This document shows, piece after piece, positions 36,613-45,805 of a stretch of 53,626 nucleotides of DNA. Under the pieces are notes generated by a model. It ran no database searches. It had not been told where the DNA came from and was given only the letters and a program-made list of their open reading frames with translations. Source of the DNA: Candidatus Omnitrophota bacterium (lineage in GTDB: Bacteria > Omnitrophota > Gorgyraeia > Aquiviventales > Aquiviventaceae); assembly GCA_016192545.1 (NCBI GenBank), contig JACPTX010000007.1, positions 1 to 53,626 of the forward strand, read 5' to 3'. The position numbers were made by a program, and so were the translations under genes. The first letter of the stretch is position 1; each line of letters opens with the position of its first letter.

Positions 36613-37949
36613 GGTTTTCGAAACACGGGTTGCACCACCGGCCCCTCCAAGAGGGCGCCAAGCCGGCGCTCCCTGAGCGCGGCGGCCAGCAGCTCCAGCG
36701 CCGTGCGGTAGACGCGCAGGGCCGCGTCCACGTCCTCGTCGGTGTGCGCCAGGCACATGTTGTGCGTCGCGGTGAAGAGCAGGCCCCGCTTGAGGCATTC
36801 CTGCTGGACGTACGTCTTCATCGCCAGCCCGTCCGGACCGTTGAACATGACGCCGGTTCTCGGCGACAGCCCGAGGCACCGGGTCGCCTGCCCCAGGCCG
36901 TACGCCTCGGCGAGCGCGTTATAGCTCTCGCGGAGCCGCCGGCCCCGCTCCCAGAGCGTCTCGATCGCGCCGGGTTCCCTGAGCGCCTCGATGGTCGCCT
37001 TGGCTGCGGCCAGCGACGCCGTCTCCCCGCCGAAGGTCGAGGAGAAAAAGACCTCTTCAAACAGCTGCATCACGTCCCGCCGCCCGGCGAGCGCGGCCGA
37101 CGGCATGCCGTTGGCCAGCCCCTTGCCGACACAGGCCAGGTCCGGGATCACGCCGAAGCGCTGCTGCGCGCCGCCGAGCCCGACGCGAGGCCACGTGACG
37201 ATCTCATCGAAGATCATGAGCGCCCCATGCCGCCTCGTCACCTCGCGCACGCCTTCCAAAAATCCCTGCGCCGGCTCCACCAATCCGACCGGCTCCATGA
37301 TCACGGCCGCCACCCGGCCCGGGTGCGACGCGAAGAGCGCCTCAAGCGATGCCAGGTCGTTGTACGCGAAGGCCTTCGTCAGCCCGGCCACGGCATCCGG
37401 CACCCCGCGGCGGCGCGTGGTCGTGCCCACGAACCAATCCTGCCACCCGTGATACCCGCAGCACAGCATCAGATCCCGGCCGGTGAACGCGCGCGACACC
37501 CGCACCGCCGCCGAGGTGACGTCGCTGCCGTTCTTGCCGAAGCGCACCATCTCCGCGCACGGGATCAGCTCCGCCAGCAGCCGCGCGACCTCCAGCTCCA
37601 GCGGATGGCTCAGGGTGAACGAGATGCCCTCGCGCGCCTGGCGCGCAATCGCCTCCGCCACCCGCGCATCGCCGTAGCCGAGGGTGACCGCGCCCAGCGC
37701 CATCGAGAAGTCCAGGTACTCGTTGCCGTCCACGTCCCAGACGCGGCAGCCGGACCCGCGCTGGAGATAGACCGGGGCCACGCCCTGCACGAACTGCGTC
37801 GGCCCTTTGCTGAAGGTCTGCGAGCAGCCCGGGATCAGAGCCTCGCCCTCCCGCTTCAAGGCCTGCGACCGCTCCAGCCGGCGCGCCTGCGGCGGCACCG
37901 GCGGCGCGCTCAGCAGCGCGCGGATGTGGTCCTCACTCACGACCGGCAT
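36609..37949 (-). CDS. Class III PLP aminotransferase (glutamate-1-semialdehyde aminomutase-like, glycan-locus type)
   Basis: SQTFSKGP, WDVDGNEYLD, FGKNGSD, GYHGW, FDEIVT, GKGLANG and SSTFGGE motifs. Confidence 0.9.
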   Translation of the reverse strand: MPVVSEDHIRALLSAPPVPPQARRLERSQALKREGEALIPGCSQTFSKGPTQFVQGVAPVYLQRGSGCRVWDVDGNEYLDFSMALGAVTLGYGDARVAEAIARQAREGISFTLSHPLELEVARLLAELIPCAEMVRFGKNGSDVTSAAVRVSRAFTGRDLMLCCGYHGWQDWFVGTTTRRRGVPDAVAGLTKAFAYNDLASLEALFASHPGRVAAVIMEPVGLVEPAQGFLEGVREVTRRHGALMIFDEIVTWPRVGLGGAQQRFGVIPDLACVGKGLANGMPSAALAGRRDVMQLFEEVFFSSTFGGETASLAAAKATIEALREPGAIETLWERGRRLRESYNALAEAYGLGQATRCLGLSPRTGVMFNGPDGLAMKTYVQQECLKRGLLFTATHNMCLAHTDEDVDAALRVYRTALELLAAALRERRLGALLEGPVVQPVFRKP

Positions 37950-38629
37950 CACGCCCGCCTCCGCTCCCAGTCCGCGCGCAGGATGCCCATGACGTATTTG
38001 TCGTGGAAGACTCCGTCCCGGAACAGCTGCTCTTTCAAGGTCCCCTCGATCACAAAGCCGAGCCGCTGGTAGAGGCGCACCGCCGCCGCATGATCCGCGT
38101 GGACGCCCAGCGTGATCTTGTGGAGGTTCAGCCGGCGGAAGGCGTAGTCCAGGATCAGCGCGATGGCTTCCCCGCCGTAGCCCAGGCCCCAGACCCGCTT
38201 GTCCCCCACCATGATGCCCATGTCGGCGCGCCGGTGGATCGGATGGATCGGCCCCAGCTTGATGTTGCCGACGTGCGCGCCGCTGCGCCGGTCCGTGATC
38301 GCCAAGAGCACGTTGTCGGGATTGGCCGCGACCTGCTCGTAGTATCGGCGCAGCGACTCCGGCGTCGTCGGAAACGAGCCGGTTTCCAGAAAGCGCGTCA
38401 CCTCATAGTCGTTGAGCCAGTCGCGGTACGGCCCGTCCAGGTCGCGCACGGTCAACGGCCGCAGGATGATCCGCTCGCCGGACAAAAACGGTCCGGGTGA
38501 ACGCCGGGTAGGCTGAGCGGGTGACGCGGAGCGGGCGGCTCGCCTACGGCTCCCCGCACTTCCTTCGCCCACCCAGCTTCGCTGGGTACCCGGGCTCGGT
38601 CGCAGGCCCCGCTCAGCTTTCTTGGCCAT
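37949..38629 (-). CDS. GNAT (RimJ/RimL, PseH-like) N-acetyltransferase with a ~45-aa low-complexity N-terminal extension
   Basis: HVGNIKL, WGLGYG.EA, LNLHKITLGV and YQRLGFVIEG motifs. Confidence 0.88.
   Translation of the reverse strand: MAKKAERGLRPSPGTQRSWVGEGSAGSRRRAARSASPAQPTRRSPGPFLSGERIILRPLTVRDLDGPYRDWLNDYEVTRFLETGSFPTTPESLRRYYEQVAANPDNVLLAITDRRSGAHVGNIKLGPIHPIHRRADMGIMVGDKRVWGLGYGGEAIALILDYAFRRLNLHKITLGVHADHAAAVRLYQRLGFVIEGTLKEQLFRDGVFHDKYVMGILRADWERRRA
38512..38617. repeat. ~106-108-bp palindromic element forming the GNAT N-terminal extension
   Basis: Perfect 10-bp terminal inverted repeat GCTGAGCGGG (38512-38521) / CCCGCTCAGC (38608-38617); internal hairpin ACCCAGC-ttc-GCTGGGT (38571-38587). 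Confidence 0.72.
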
Positions 38630-39645
38630 CAGCGTCGCTCTCCGATCCTGGCGACGTCGTAGGGCGCGGCGTGGTCGCGGGCGGTCAGCGCAAGCGCGAG
38701 CAGACGGCAGGCGTCCTCGAGACTCAGCAGCGGCTGCGCGCGGCCTTCCACGCAGGCGATGAAGTGCTTCAACTCTTCGAGATACATCTCATTGCCGTCG
38801 TACGCCTCGCGGCGCTCCAGGTCGGTCCAGCGTCCCGATGAGGCGTCGTAGCCCTGCACCACCACCTGCTCCGGGCGCTTGCCCCGGCTTTCCCAGCGCA
38901 GCACGCCGCCGGTGCCGATGACCTCGCACCCGCGCAATTTGCACGGGCTCAGGTAATCCAGGCGGATCTCGCCGACCGCGCCGGCCTCAAACTGCAGCAT
39001 CACCAGCGCGACATCCTCCGAATCAATCTCCAGCTCGCTGACATGGTCGGCGCACGCCTGGATGGCGGCGACCTCGCCCGCCATCCAGCGCAGATAATCC
39101 AGCTCATGCAGGCCTTCCAGGATGATCCCGCCGCCCTGGTCGCGCCGGGCGCTGTACGACTGCCGGTAATCCTGTCCCGGCCGCCAGTTCGGCAGGTAGT
39201 GGCTGAACCAGGCCCGGAAGATCAGCGGCCGCGTCAGGCGTCCGGCGTCCAGCGCCGACTTGAGCGCGGCCACGCCGGGATGAAAGCGCATATTGCAGGC
39301 GACAAGTCCCGTTCGGCCCTGAGCCCGCAGCGCGGCGAGGAGCGTCTCGGTGCCGTCCAGCGAGGCGGCCACCGGCTTTTCGATGAACAGATGCGCCCCG
39401 GCCTGTGCGGCCGCCAGCGCCGCCGGCAGGTGCTGATGCGTCGGCGTGCAGACCAGCACCGCCTCGGGCCGCCTGGCCAACGCGTCCTCCAGGCGCGCGT
39501 GGGCGCGCACGCGCAGCGCCTGCGTCAAGGCCTCGCGCCGCGAGGCATCGGGCTCGCACAGCTCGACGTCGCCGGCGTCCAGCGCCAGCAGGTTCGCCAG
39601 ATGGCGCCGGCCGATGGAGCCGCCCCCGACGACGAGCCACCTCAT
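38629..39645 (-). CDS. Gfo/Idh/MocA-family NAD(P)-dependent oxidoreductase
   Basis: VVGGGSIGRRH, CTPT..H, FIEKP, YLPNWRP..DYR.SYSA and GGG...HELD motifs; start ATG 39645. Confidence 0.92.
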   Translation of the reverse strand: MRWLVVGGGSIGRRHLANLLALDAGDVELCEPDASRREALTQALRVRAHARLEDALARRPEAVLVCTPTHQHLPAALAAAQAGAHLFIEKPVAASLDGTETLLAALRAQGRTGLVACNMRFHPGVAALKSALDAGRLTRPLIFRAWFSHYLPNWRPGQDYRQSYSARRDQGGGIILEGLHELDYLRWMAGEVAAIQACADHVSELEIDSEDVALVMLQFEAGAVGEIRLDYLSPCKLRGCEVIGTGGVLRWESRGKRPEQVVVQGYDASSGRWTDLERREAYDGNEMYLEELKHFIACVEGRAQPLLSLEDACRLLALALTARDHAAPYDVARIGERR

Positions 39646-40376
39646 CTCCCTGCCTCCGCACCCCCGGCCAGCCAGTGGCCAGGGCCGGGGCGGGCGCACG
39701 CCTGCGCGTCCATCAATGCCTCGGCGATCACCAGATGGGCCGGCTCATCAATGTCCACCGAGCGCTCCCGCGGGATCGGGTAGCCGACCAGCCGCTCGCC
39801 GTAGAGCGCGCGCTCCCGGCGCAGCGCGTCCACCCGCATGAAATAAAAATAGCCGCTGTCCACCCAGACCTTCGGCAGTTGCTGGCTGGCGACGAGATAG
39901 TCCTTGCCGAAGAACGGCCGCAGGTAGCCGTCCACCTCGTGCAGCGCCCAGAACGGCGCCTCCAGGAACGTCGTAACCGCCATGACGAAATCCGCCTTGC
40001 GCTCGTCCAGCATCGCCGCCCCGCCGCGCAGGTCCTCCGGCCGCATCAGCGCAGCGGTCGGCAGGATCAGGCACAGCACGTCGGCGGGCGTGCCGCGCTG
40101 CGCCAGCCACTCCGTGAAATCCAGGCACACGTCCACCAGCCGCGCCGCGTCGCCGGCCAGTGACGCCGCCCGGTCATGCACACTGGCGCCGAATTGCCTG
40201 GCCACGTCAGCGATCTCGGCGTCGTCGGTGGACACCCAGACCTCAGGAAACAGGCCTGACGCCTTGGCCGCCTCGACGGTGTAGCCGAGGACCGGCTTGC
40301 CCTTCAGGGGCGCGATGTTCTTGCGGGGAAACCGCTTCGACGTGCCGCGTGCCGGGATCAGGCAAGCGTAGCGCAT
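39642..40376 (-). CDS. neuA: CMP-nonulosonic acid synthetase (acylneuraminate cytidylyltransferase, NeuA/PseF)
   Basis: IPARGTSKRFPRKNI, VSTDD, PTA..R and SVDIDEP motifs; start ATG 40376. Confidence 0.9.
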   Translation of the reverse strand: MRYACLIPARGTSKRFPRKNIAPLKGKPVLGYTVEAAKASGLFPEVWVSTDDAEIADVARQFGASVHDRAASLAGDAARLVDVCLDFTEWLAQRGTPADVLCLILPTAALMRPEDLRGGAAMLDERKADFVMAVTTFLEAPFWALHEVDGYLRPFFGKDYLVASQQLPKVWVDSGYFYFMRVDALRRERALYGERLVGYPIPRERSVDIDEPAHLVIAEALMDAQACARPGPGHWLAGGAEAGR

Positions 40377-41419
40377 CACACGTCTTCCCACCGGATCGGA
40401 TCGTTCTCCGCCAGATCCCGCCGGACGGGCTTGCCCACGAACGCGTCCAGCAGCTCCGGCGAAATACCGGCCTCAGGCCGCTTGCCGCCCAGTAGCTCCG
40501 GGGTCAGGATGGCGCCCTTGGGGATCGGCGCGCGCGCCGCGAGGTGGCGGAACCACTTCCTGCGCTCGGACAGGTCCGCCCGGCTTGGGATCAGCGCCTC
40601 CTCCCCCAGCGCCGAGTGGACGCTGCGCATCAGGCGCACGTAGCCGGTGAACTCCTCCGGCTCCATGGACAGGATGTGGTGATGGCCGGGCATCTTCCGG
40701 CTCACCGTCAGCCGCTTCTCCAGCACCACCGCGCCCAGCGTGACGGCCATGATGTCAGGCGTGGCGTCGCGGTCTTTGGCGGAGAAGCCGACCAGCGTCT
40801 GGAATGTCTCGCGCAGGTACGGGATGGCGCGCATGTTCATTTCGGCGACGCGCCCGGTGTGGTAGCAGTGGACGAGCACGCTCTGGTCGTTGCCGGCGTC
40901 CTGCATGAGCTGGATCGCCCGCGCGACCTCGACGGCGTTCACCGGCCCGGTGTCGATGAGCATCGGCTTGCCGAGCTGCGCGATGGCGCGCCACAGCGGC
41001 GCGTCGGTGTAATCCCAGGAGCTGAGCTTGTAGGCCTCCAGCCCCAGCGCCTCGGCCCACACGATCCCGCTGGGTGAGTTGACCGTCGCAAAGAGGATGA
41101 CGCCCTGCCGGTCGGCGTAGCGCTTGATCTCGCGCCATTGGTCGAGGGTGAAGCGCAAGCGATTCAACATCTCGTACATGTTCTCTTCGCGCGGGCCGTC
41201 CACCGTCTCGTAGCGGTAGCGGACGCTGCGGTCGCTCATGATCTCATCCGGGAACCAGAGGATCAGCTTGATGGCGTCGGCGCCGGCGGCGCGCACCGCG
41301 TCGATCAGCCGTGTGGTGATCTCCACGTCGTAGTTGCAGGTCACACCGCACTCCGCCATGACGAACAGCGGCCGGCCCTCGCCGATGACCGTGTCGCGGA
41401 CCCGGATCTCGCGCCGCAT
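40376..41419 (-). CDS. NeuB-family (nonulosonate synthase fold + SAF domain) protein with non-canonical active site
   Basis: Colinear with PseI at 35500 (IG.G.P..V.AE, AAGADA.K, KPM...TG, GA...EK, KRP..GISP) but the key motifs are substituted; see findings. Confidence 0.85.
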   Translation of the reverse strand: MRREIRVRDTVIGEGRPLFVMAECGVTCNYDVEITTRLIDAVRAAGADAIKLILWFPDEIMSDRSVRYRYETVDGPREENMYEMLNRLRFTLDQWREIKRYADRQGVILFATVNSPSGIVWAEALGLEAYKLSSWDYTDAPLWRAIAQLGKPMLIDTGPVNAVEVARAIQLMQDAGNDQSVLVHCYHTGRVAEMNMRAIPYLRETFQTLVGFSAKDRDATPDIMAVTLGAVVLEKRLTVSRKMPGHHHILSMEPEEFTGYVRLMRSVHSALGEEALIPSRADLSERRKWFRHLAARAPIPKGAILTPELLGGKRPEAGISPELLDAFVGKPVRRDLAENDPIRWEDV

Positions 41420-43110
41420 CAGAGCACGTCCTCAGACTCGACCAGGAAGTTCCCGAGCGCCAGGTACGGCAGGCCGCTCGCCCGGAAGGCGCGCACCGCG
41501 TCGTCCGCCGTGCAGACGATCGGCTCCTCATGCATGTTGAAGCTCGTGTTGATGACGCTGCTCAACCCTGTGCGCCGATGGTAGGCGCTCAGGATCGCGT
41601 GAAACGAGGGATGGTCGTCTTTGAAGACGACCTGCGGCCTGGCGGTGCCATCCACGTGGACCGCCGCCGGCGCGTCGGCGCGCATCGTGGGGGTGCAGTC
41701 GTAGGTCATCGTCATGTGCCGCGAGGGCAGCTGCTCCGGCTTCCAGCCGACGTAGCAGCCGGCCGCGTGCTCGGCCAGCGTCGCCGGCGCAAAGGGCATG
41801 AACTCCGACCGGCTGAGGGCCCTGTTCAACCAGTCATTCACCGACGGGTCGGTCGCCCGGCACAGGATGCTGCGGTTGCCCAGGGCGCGCGGGCCGTACT
41901 CCATGCGCCCGGCGCAGCGCGCCACCACGTGGCCTTCGGCCAGCAACGCGGCGATGCGCTCCTCGAGATCCGGCACGCGCCGGCAGCGCAGCCCGCTGGA
42001 GGCCAGCAGATCCTCGATCTCCCGCTCGCCGGGCTCCTGGCCCAGGTACAGCGTGCGCAGCGGCTCCGGCATCCGGCCGGTTTCCCTGGCGTGGACCAGC
42101 CACGCCGCGCCGACGGACAGGCCGCCGTCGCCCATGTTCGGGAAGACGAAGAGGTTGCGGACGTTGGCCAGCTCGCGGATGCGCTGGTTGAGCTTCACGT
42201 TGGCGAAGATCCCGCCCGCCACCGCCAGCCGCGCCGCGCCTCCATCCTGGTCCGCCACGCACGTGCACACGACTTCCTCGAGACTGCGCTGCGCCGAGGC
42301 GGCCACGTCCTCCCGCGGGAACCGGCGCACGAACTCCCGCAGCGCCGGGTTCTCGAAGCGCGGCACGTACAGCCCATGCTCCATCCGGCCGATGAACCGC
42401 TTGACGCGCCCATCGTAATCGATCATCGCCCGGATCGCCGGATACGACTGCGGGGATTCGCAGTACGCCGCCAGGCCGAGCACCTTGCCCTCATGCCGGT
42501 GCGGCACGAAGCCCAGCGACTTGGTGATGCTGCCGTAGAAATACCCCAGCGAATCGAAGGTGTGGGAGCGCGTCAGGAGCGACATCCGTCCTCCGGCGGC
42601 GCGCCACACCGTCGAGGAGCCGTCCTCCCCCCAGCCGTCCGCCGTCAGCGCCAGGCAGCCCTCCCAGCCGGAGCCGAAGTAGGCGGAGGCGGCGTGCGCC
42701 TCGTGGTGGCCGACGACCTGCACGGGCCGTCCCAGCGCCCGGATCTCCTCGAGATACGTGGGCGTGCGGCTGCCCAGCACCATGCGCTCATGCTCCAGCC
42801 GGGTGCGCAGGTGCGTCAGCTGGGCCTCGCGCTGCTGCGGGGACAGCGGCGCATCGAGGATCCGGCGCTCTTTCTCTTCAAATGGCCCCGGGTCCGGCGC
42901 GGGTGGCGCCGCCCCGTGCGTCGCGACCACGTCAATCTCGTCCAGCGTCAGGCCCGCCAGCTTGAGGACCGCCTGGATCGCGCCCCGCGGGACGCCGTTC
43001 CACAGCTTGACCCGGTTGAGCCGCTCCTCGCTCACCGCGGCGACGAGCTGCCCGTCCCGGAGGACGACCGCCGACGCGTCAGCGAGGAACGCGATCCCTA
43101 AGATATTCAT
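41419..43110 (-). CDS. O-carbamoyltransferase (NodU/CmcH/TobZ family)
   Basis: SEERLNRVK, HHEAHAASAY, TADGWGE, EGKVLGLAAY, GGIFANVKLN, GDGG, EYGPRALGNRS, FMPFAP, HVDGTARPQ and NTSFNMHEEPIV motifs. Confidence 0.95.
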   Translation of the reverse strand: MNILGIAFLADASAVVLRDGQLVAAVSEERLNRVKLWNGVPRGAIQAVLKLAGLTLDEIDVVATHGAAPPAPDPGPFEEKERRILDAPLSPQQREAQLTHLRTRLEHERMVLGSRTPTYLEEIRALGRPVQVVGHHEAHAASAYFGSGWEGCLALTADGWGEDGSSTVWRAAGGRMSLLTRSHTFDSLGYFYGSITKSLGFVPHRHEGKVLGLAAYCESPQSYPAIRAMIDYDGRVKRFIGRMEHGLYVPRFENPALREFVRRFPREDVAASAQRSLEEVVCTCVADQDGGAARLAVAGGIFANVKLNQRIRELANVRNLFVFPNMGDGGLSVGAAWLVHARETGRMPEPLRTLYLGQEPGEREIEDLLASSGLRCRRVPDLEERIAALLAEGHVVARCAGRMEYGPRALGNRSILCRATDPSVNDWLNRALSRSEFMPFAPATLAEHAAGCYVGWKPEQLPSRHMTMTYDCTPTMRADAPAAVHVDGTARPQVVFKDDHPSFHAILSAYHRRTGLSSVINTSFNMHEEPIVCTADDAVRAFRASGLPYLALGNFLVESEDVL

Positions 43111-44017
43111 CAGCGTGTTTCCTTCCGGCGAAAAACTTCTGAAGCCCTTCGTCCACCGTCGGGAGCGGACGCCCCAGCACGGCCGCCGCCCGCTCGACGC
43201 GCAACGTCACGTTCTTCGGCCGCGGAATGTGCAGCGGCACCGTGCGGCTGTCCACCGGCATGACCAGCTCTTCCGGAAAGCCGAACAGCCTGGCCAGCCG
43301 GCACGCGAACTCGTACTTCGAGCACCCGTCCGATGCGGCAACGTGCAAGACGCCCTGGATGGGCCGCCACATCAGATCCACGAGCAGCGCCGCCAGGTCA
43401 TCGGTCAACAGCGGCGAAAACAGCAAATCCCTGAACCCGGAGAACGGCCGGCCTTCCTGCAGCGACGACAGCACCCACTCCGCCAGGCTGCTTTGCGGCA
43501 GCACGTTCCAGCCGTAGAAGGCGGTCCGGATCACCAGCGCGTCCGGCCGGGCGCACAGGACCGCCTCCTCCCCTTCCACCTTCGTGCGGCCGTACACATG
43601 CAGCGGCGACGGTGCGTCATCCTCGCGGTAGGCGCCGCGCGCGCCGTCGAACACCGAATCCGATGAGAGAAAGATGAACCGGCCCACCCACTCGTCGCCC
43701 AGCGCCTGCAGGAGGTTTTTGGTGCCTTGGACGTTGACGGCGAAGGCGGCGTCGGGGTCGGCCTCGCACTGGTTGACCGAGGTCAGCGCCGCGGTGTGAA
43801 AGACAACAGCCGGTTTGATCGCGTTGACAGCCTCTTCGACGGCGCGCGCATGACGGATGTCCACCGGCAAGGTCCGGCACGGCGACGCCGCGGCTTGTGG
43901 ACGGCGCGCGATACCCCAGACGTCGTCACGCCCCGCCGTCGCGCGCACCAGCGCGCTGCCGAGCAGGCCGGTCACGCCGGTAATCAACACCCGCGGGCGG
44001 CGATCAGCGGCCGTCAT
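43079..44017 (-). CDS. RmlD-like NDP-4-keto-sugar reductase (SDR)
   Basis: ITGVTGLLG, HTAALT.V..CE, SSDSVFDG, YGRTK and IRT motifs. Confidence 0.88.
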   Translation of the reverse strand: MTAADRRPRVLITGVTGLLGSALVRATAGRDDVWGIARRPQAAASPCRTLPVDIRHARAVEEAVNAIKPAVVFHTAALTSVNQCEADPDAAFAVNVQGTKNLLQALGDEWVGRFIFLSSDSVFDGARGAYREDDAPSPLHVYGRTKVEGEEAVLCARPDALVIRTAFYGWNVLPQSSLAEWVLSSLQEGRPFSGFRDLLFSPLLTDDLAALLVDLMWRPIQGVLHVAASDGCSKYEFACRLARLFGFPEELVMPVDSRTVPLHIPRPKNVTLRVERAAAVLGRPLPTVDEGLQKFFAGRKHADEYLRDRVPR

Positions 44018-45065
44018 GTCTCACGGCGAGCGGAGTGCCTTCGGCCATCGAACCCTCGGAGGCGAGCGCGAGGATCTCCGTGGCGACCCGCCCGATCCCC
44101 TGCCCGTCGACGAGACGGCGGCCGGCCACCCCCATCGCGGCGCGCGCCGGCGCGTCGTGCGCCAGCGCCGTCAGCGCCGCCGCCAGCCGGGACGGGAAGC
44201 CGGCGTCATCCGCCGCGCCAAGGTCTTTCATCGCCCCGGCCGCGGATAACCCTCGGAGATTCAGCCGCTGATTGTCGGCCAGCAACATCCCTAATGCCGG
44301 CGTGGCGGTGGCCGCCAGCTCATACGCGGTCTGCCCGGCCGCGCTGATCGCCACGTCCGCCTGCAGCATCAGCGCGCGCATGTCGCCCGGCGTCTGATGG
44401 AAGGTCACGCGATCAGCCCCGTCCGGTGCCATGCCCGTGGGCGGGGCGAACGGCCCGAGGACGACGTCCACCGCCGCGTCCGGCAGGCTGCGCCGCGTGA
44501 CCTCAAGGATCGGCTGCAACCGCCCGCGTGACGTCCCCCCGCCGGTCAGGACCAGCACGCGCCGGACGGTCTCGGCGTACGCCGGCCGCTCGGGCGCCAG
44601 GGCGAATGCCGGCCGCAGGAGGATGTACCGGGGTCCAAGACGATAGCGCGTCACGGGCAATCCCTGATACGTCAGCGCCTCGGCGCCGGCCGACCCGTTC
44701 ACGACGAGATCCACGGGCACGCCCCTGGCTCCGATGTCATCGAGACACGCGACCGGCGCCTCGCGTCTGAGGGCGGCGAGACCCTCGGCCGGCAGCTCCG
44801 GGTCGTCAGCCACACAGACGACCGGCCGCGGCGCGCACCGCAGCAGCGCCGTGGCACGCGCCAACCCCTCCCCGTCCGGATCCACCTCGATGGGAAAGCC
44901 GGAGGGGCTGAGCGCCGCCGCGGCTTCAGCGGACGTCACGACGAACCTGACCGGCACCGGCGCGGCGCCCGACGCGAGGCGAGCCGCCAAGGTCCAGCTG
45001 CGCCGCAGATGCCCGAACCCGACGCGCTCACCGCCCGCGATCCGAAAGACCACCGTCGGCCTCAT
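44004..45065 (-). CDS. pseG: PseG/SpsG-like UDP-sugar hydrolase (GT28-like fold)
   Basis: VFRIAGG..VGFGHLRR, LDD, LGPRY.LLR..F, AISAAGQT.YE and ADNQ motifs; start ATG 45065. Confidence 0.8.
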   Translation of the reverse strand: MRPTVVFRIAGGERVGFGHLRRSWTLAARLASGAAPVPVRFVVTSAEAAAALSPSGFPIEVDPDGEGLARATALLRCAPRPVVCVADDPELPAEGLAALRREAPVACLDDIGARGVPVDLVVNGSAGAEALTYQGLPVTRYRLGPRYILLRPAFALAPERPAYAETVRRVLVLTGGGTSRGRLQPILEVTRRSLPDAAVDVVLGPFAPPTGMAPDGADRVTFHQTPGDMRALMLQADVAISAAGQTAYELAATATPALGMLLADNQRLNLRGLSAAGAMKDLGAADDAGFPSRLAAALTALAHDAPARAAMGVAGRRLVDGQGIGRVATEILALASEGSMAEGTPLAVRHDGR

Positions 45066-45805
45066 TCCATCTGCACCACCGGGGGGGCCGCGAGGTCGTG
45101 CGCCGGGCCCCACCCGAACCGCCGCCTCGCCTCGTGCGCCACGCGGGGCCATGGCATCTGCAGCTCGGCGCGCAGCGGCCGGGGGACCATGAGGCCGCGT
45201 TCGGCCAGGTGCCGGGCCGCCGCCGCCCCATGCGGCCCGAGCGCGGCGGTCAGCGCCTCGCGCATGCCCGGATCGCCGACGGCGACCGGTTCCCCGCGGG
45301 CGTCGGTGAGCATCGCGTCATGCGCCGCGTCCACGATCACCCATCTGCCGTCGAGGCGGACGAACGGCACGACCAGCCGGCCGCCGTCCGGGAACATGAA
45401 GACGCGCCAGAAGGCGGGGACGCCGGCATAGGCGCTCAGCGTGGCGAACACGTCGGCCCGCTGGTCCGCCAGCCCGTGCCCGCGGATCATGATGTGCAGG
45501 ATGTGGTCGTCAATGACCGGCCAGCCCTCCGGCGTCTGTCGGACGTGGTCATGGACCCAGGCCAGGACGGCCGCCGCCCGCTCACGGTCGGTCCGCAGCC
45601 CCTGCGTGATGTCACGCGCCGCCAGGCGGTACTGCTGGTCGCGGTGCAGGAAGGCGAGGAGCTTCGCGTAGAGCGGCAGCGTATGCGTGGAGACCTGAAA
45701 ATTGACGCCCTGTTTGGTCGCGGCCGGCAGCTGCAACACGCCGTAGACCGCCGTCGGCAAGACCAGCACGGCAAGACCGATCACCAGCAGGCGCCTCCGG
45801 CTCAT
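45062..45805 (-). CDS. Membrane-anchored transglutaminase-like domain protein (catalytic Cys/His apparently absent)
   Basis: N-terminal TM helix; AVLAWVHDHV, RGHGLADQRADVF..L...GVPA and LDGRWVIVDA follow the TGase-core pattern. Confidence 0.65.
   Translation of the reverse strand: MSRRRLLVIGLAVLVLPTAVYGVLQLPAATKQGVNFQVSTHTLPLYAKLLAFLHRDQQYRLAARDITQGLRTDRERAAAVLAWVHDHVRQTPEGWPVIDDHILHIMIRGHGLADQRADVFATLSAYAGVPAFWRVFMFPDGGRLVVPFVRLDGRWVIVDAAHDAMLTDARGEPVAVGDPGMREALTAALGPHGAAAARHLAERGLMVPRPLRAELQMPWPRVAHEARRRFGWGPAHDLAAPPVVQME

Noticed and set aside
36609-37949. hemL (tetrapyrrole synthesis)
   Set aside because: The SQTFSK/GYHGW subtype and the position between a GNAT and pseI indicate the glycan-locus paralogue; no hem genes are nearby.
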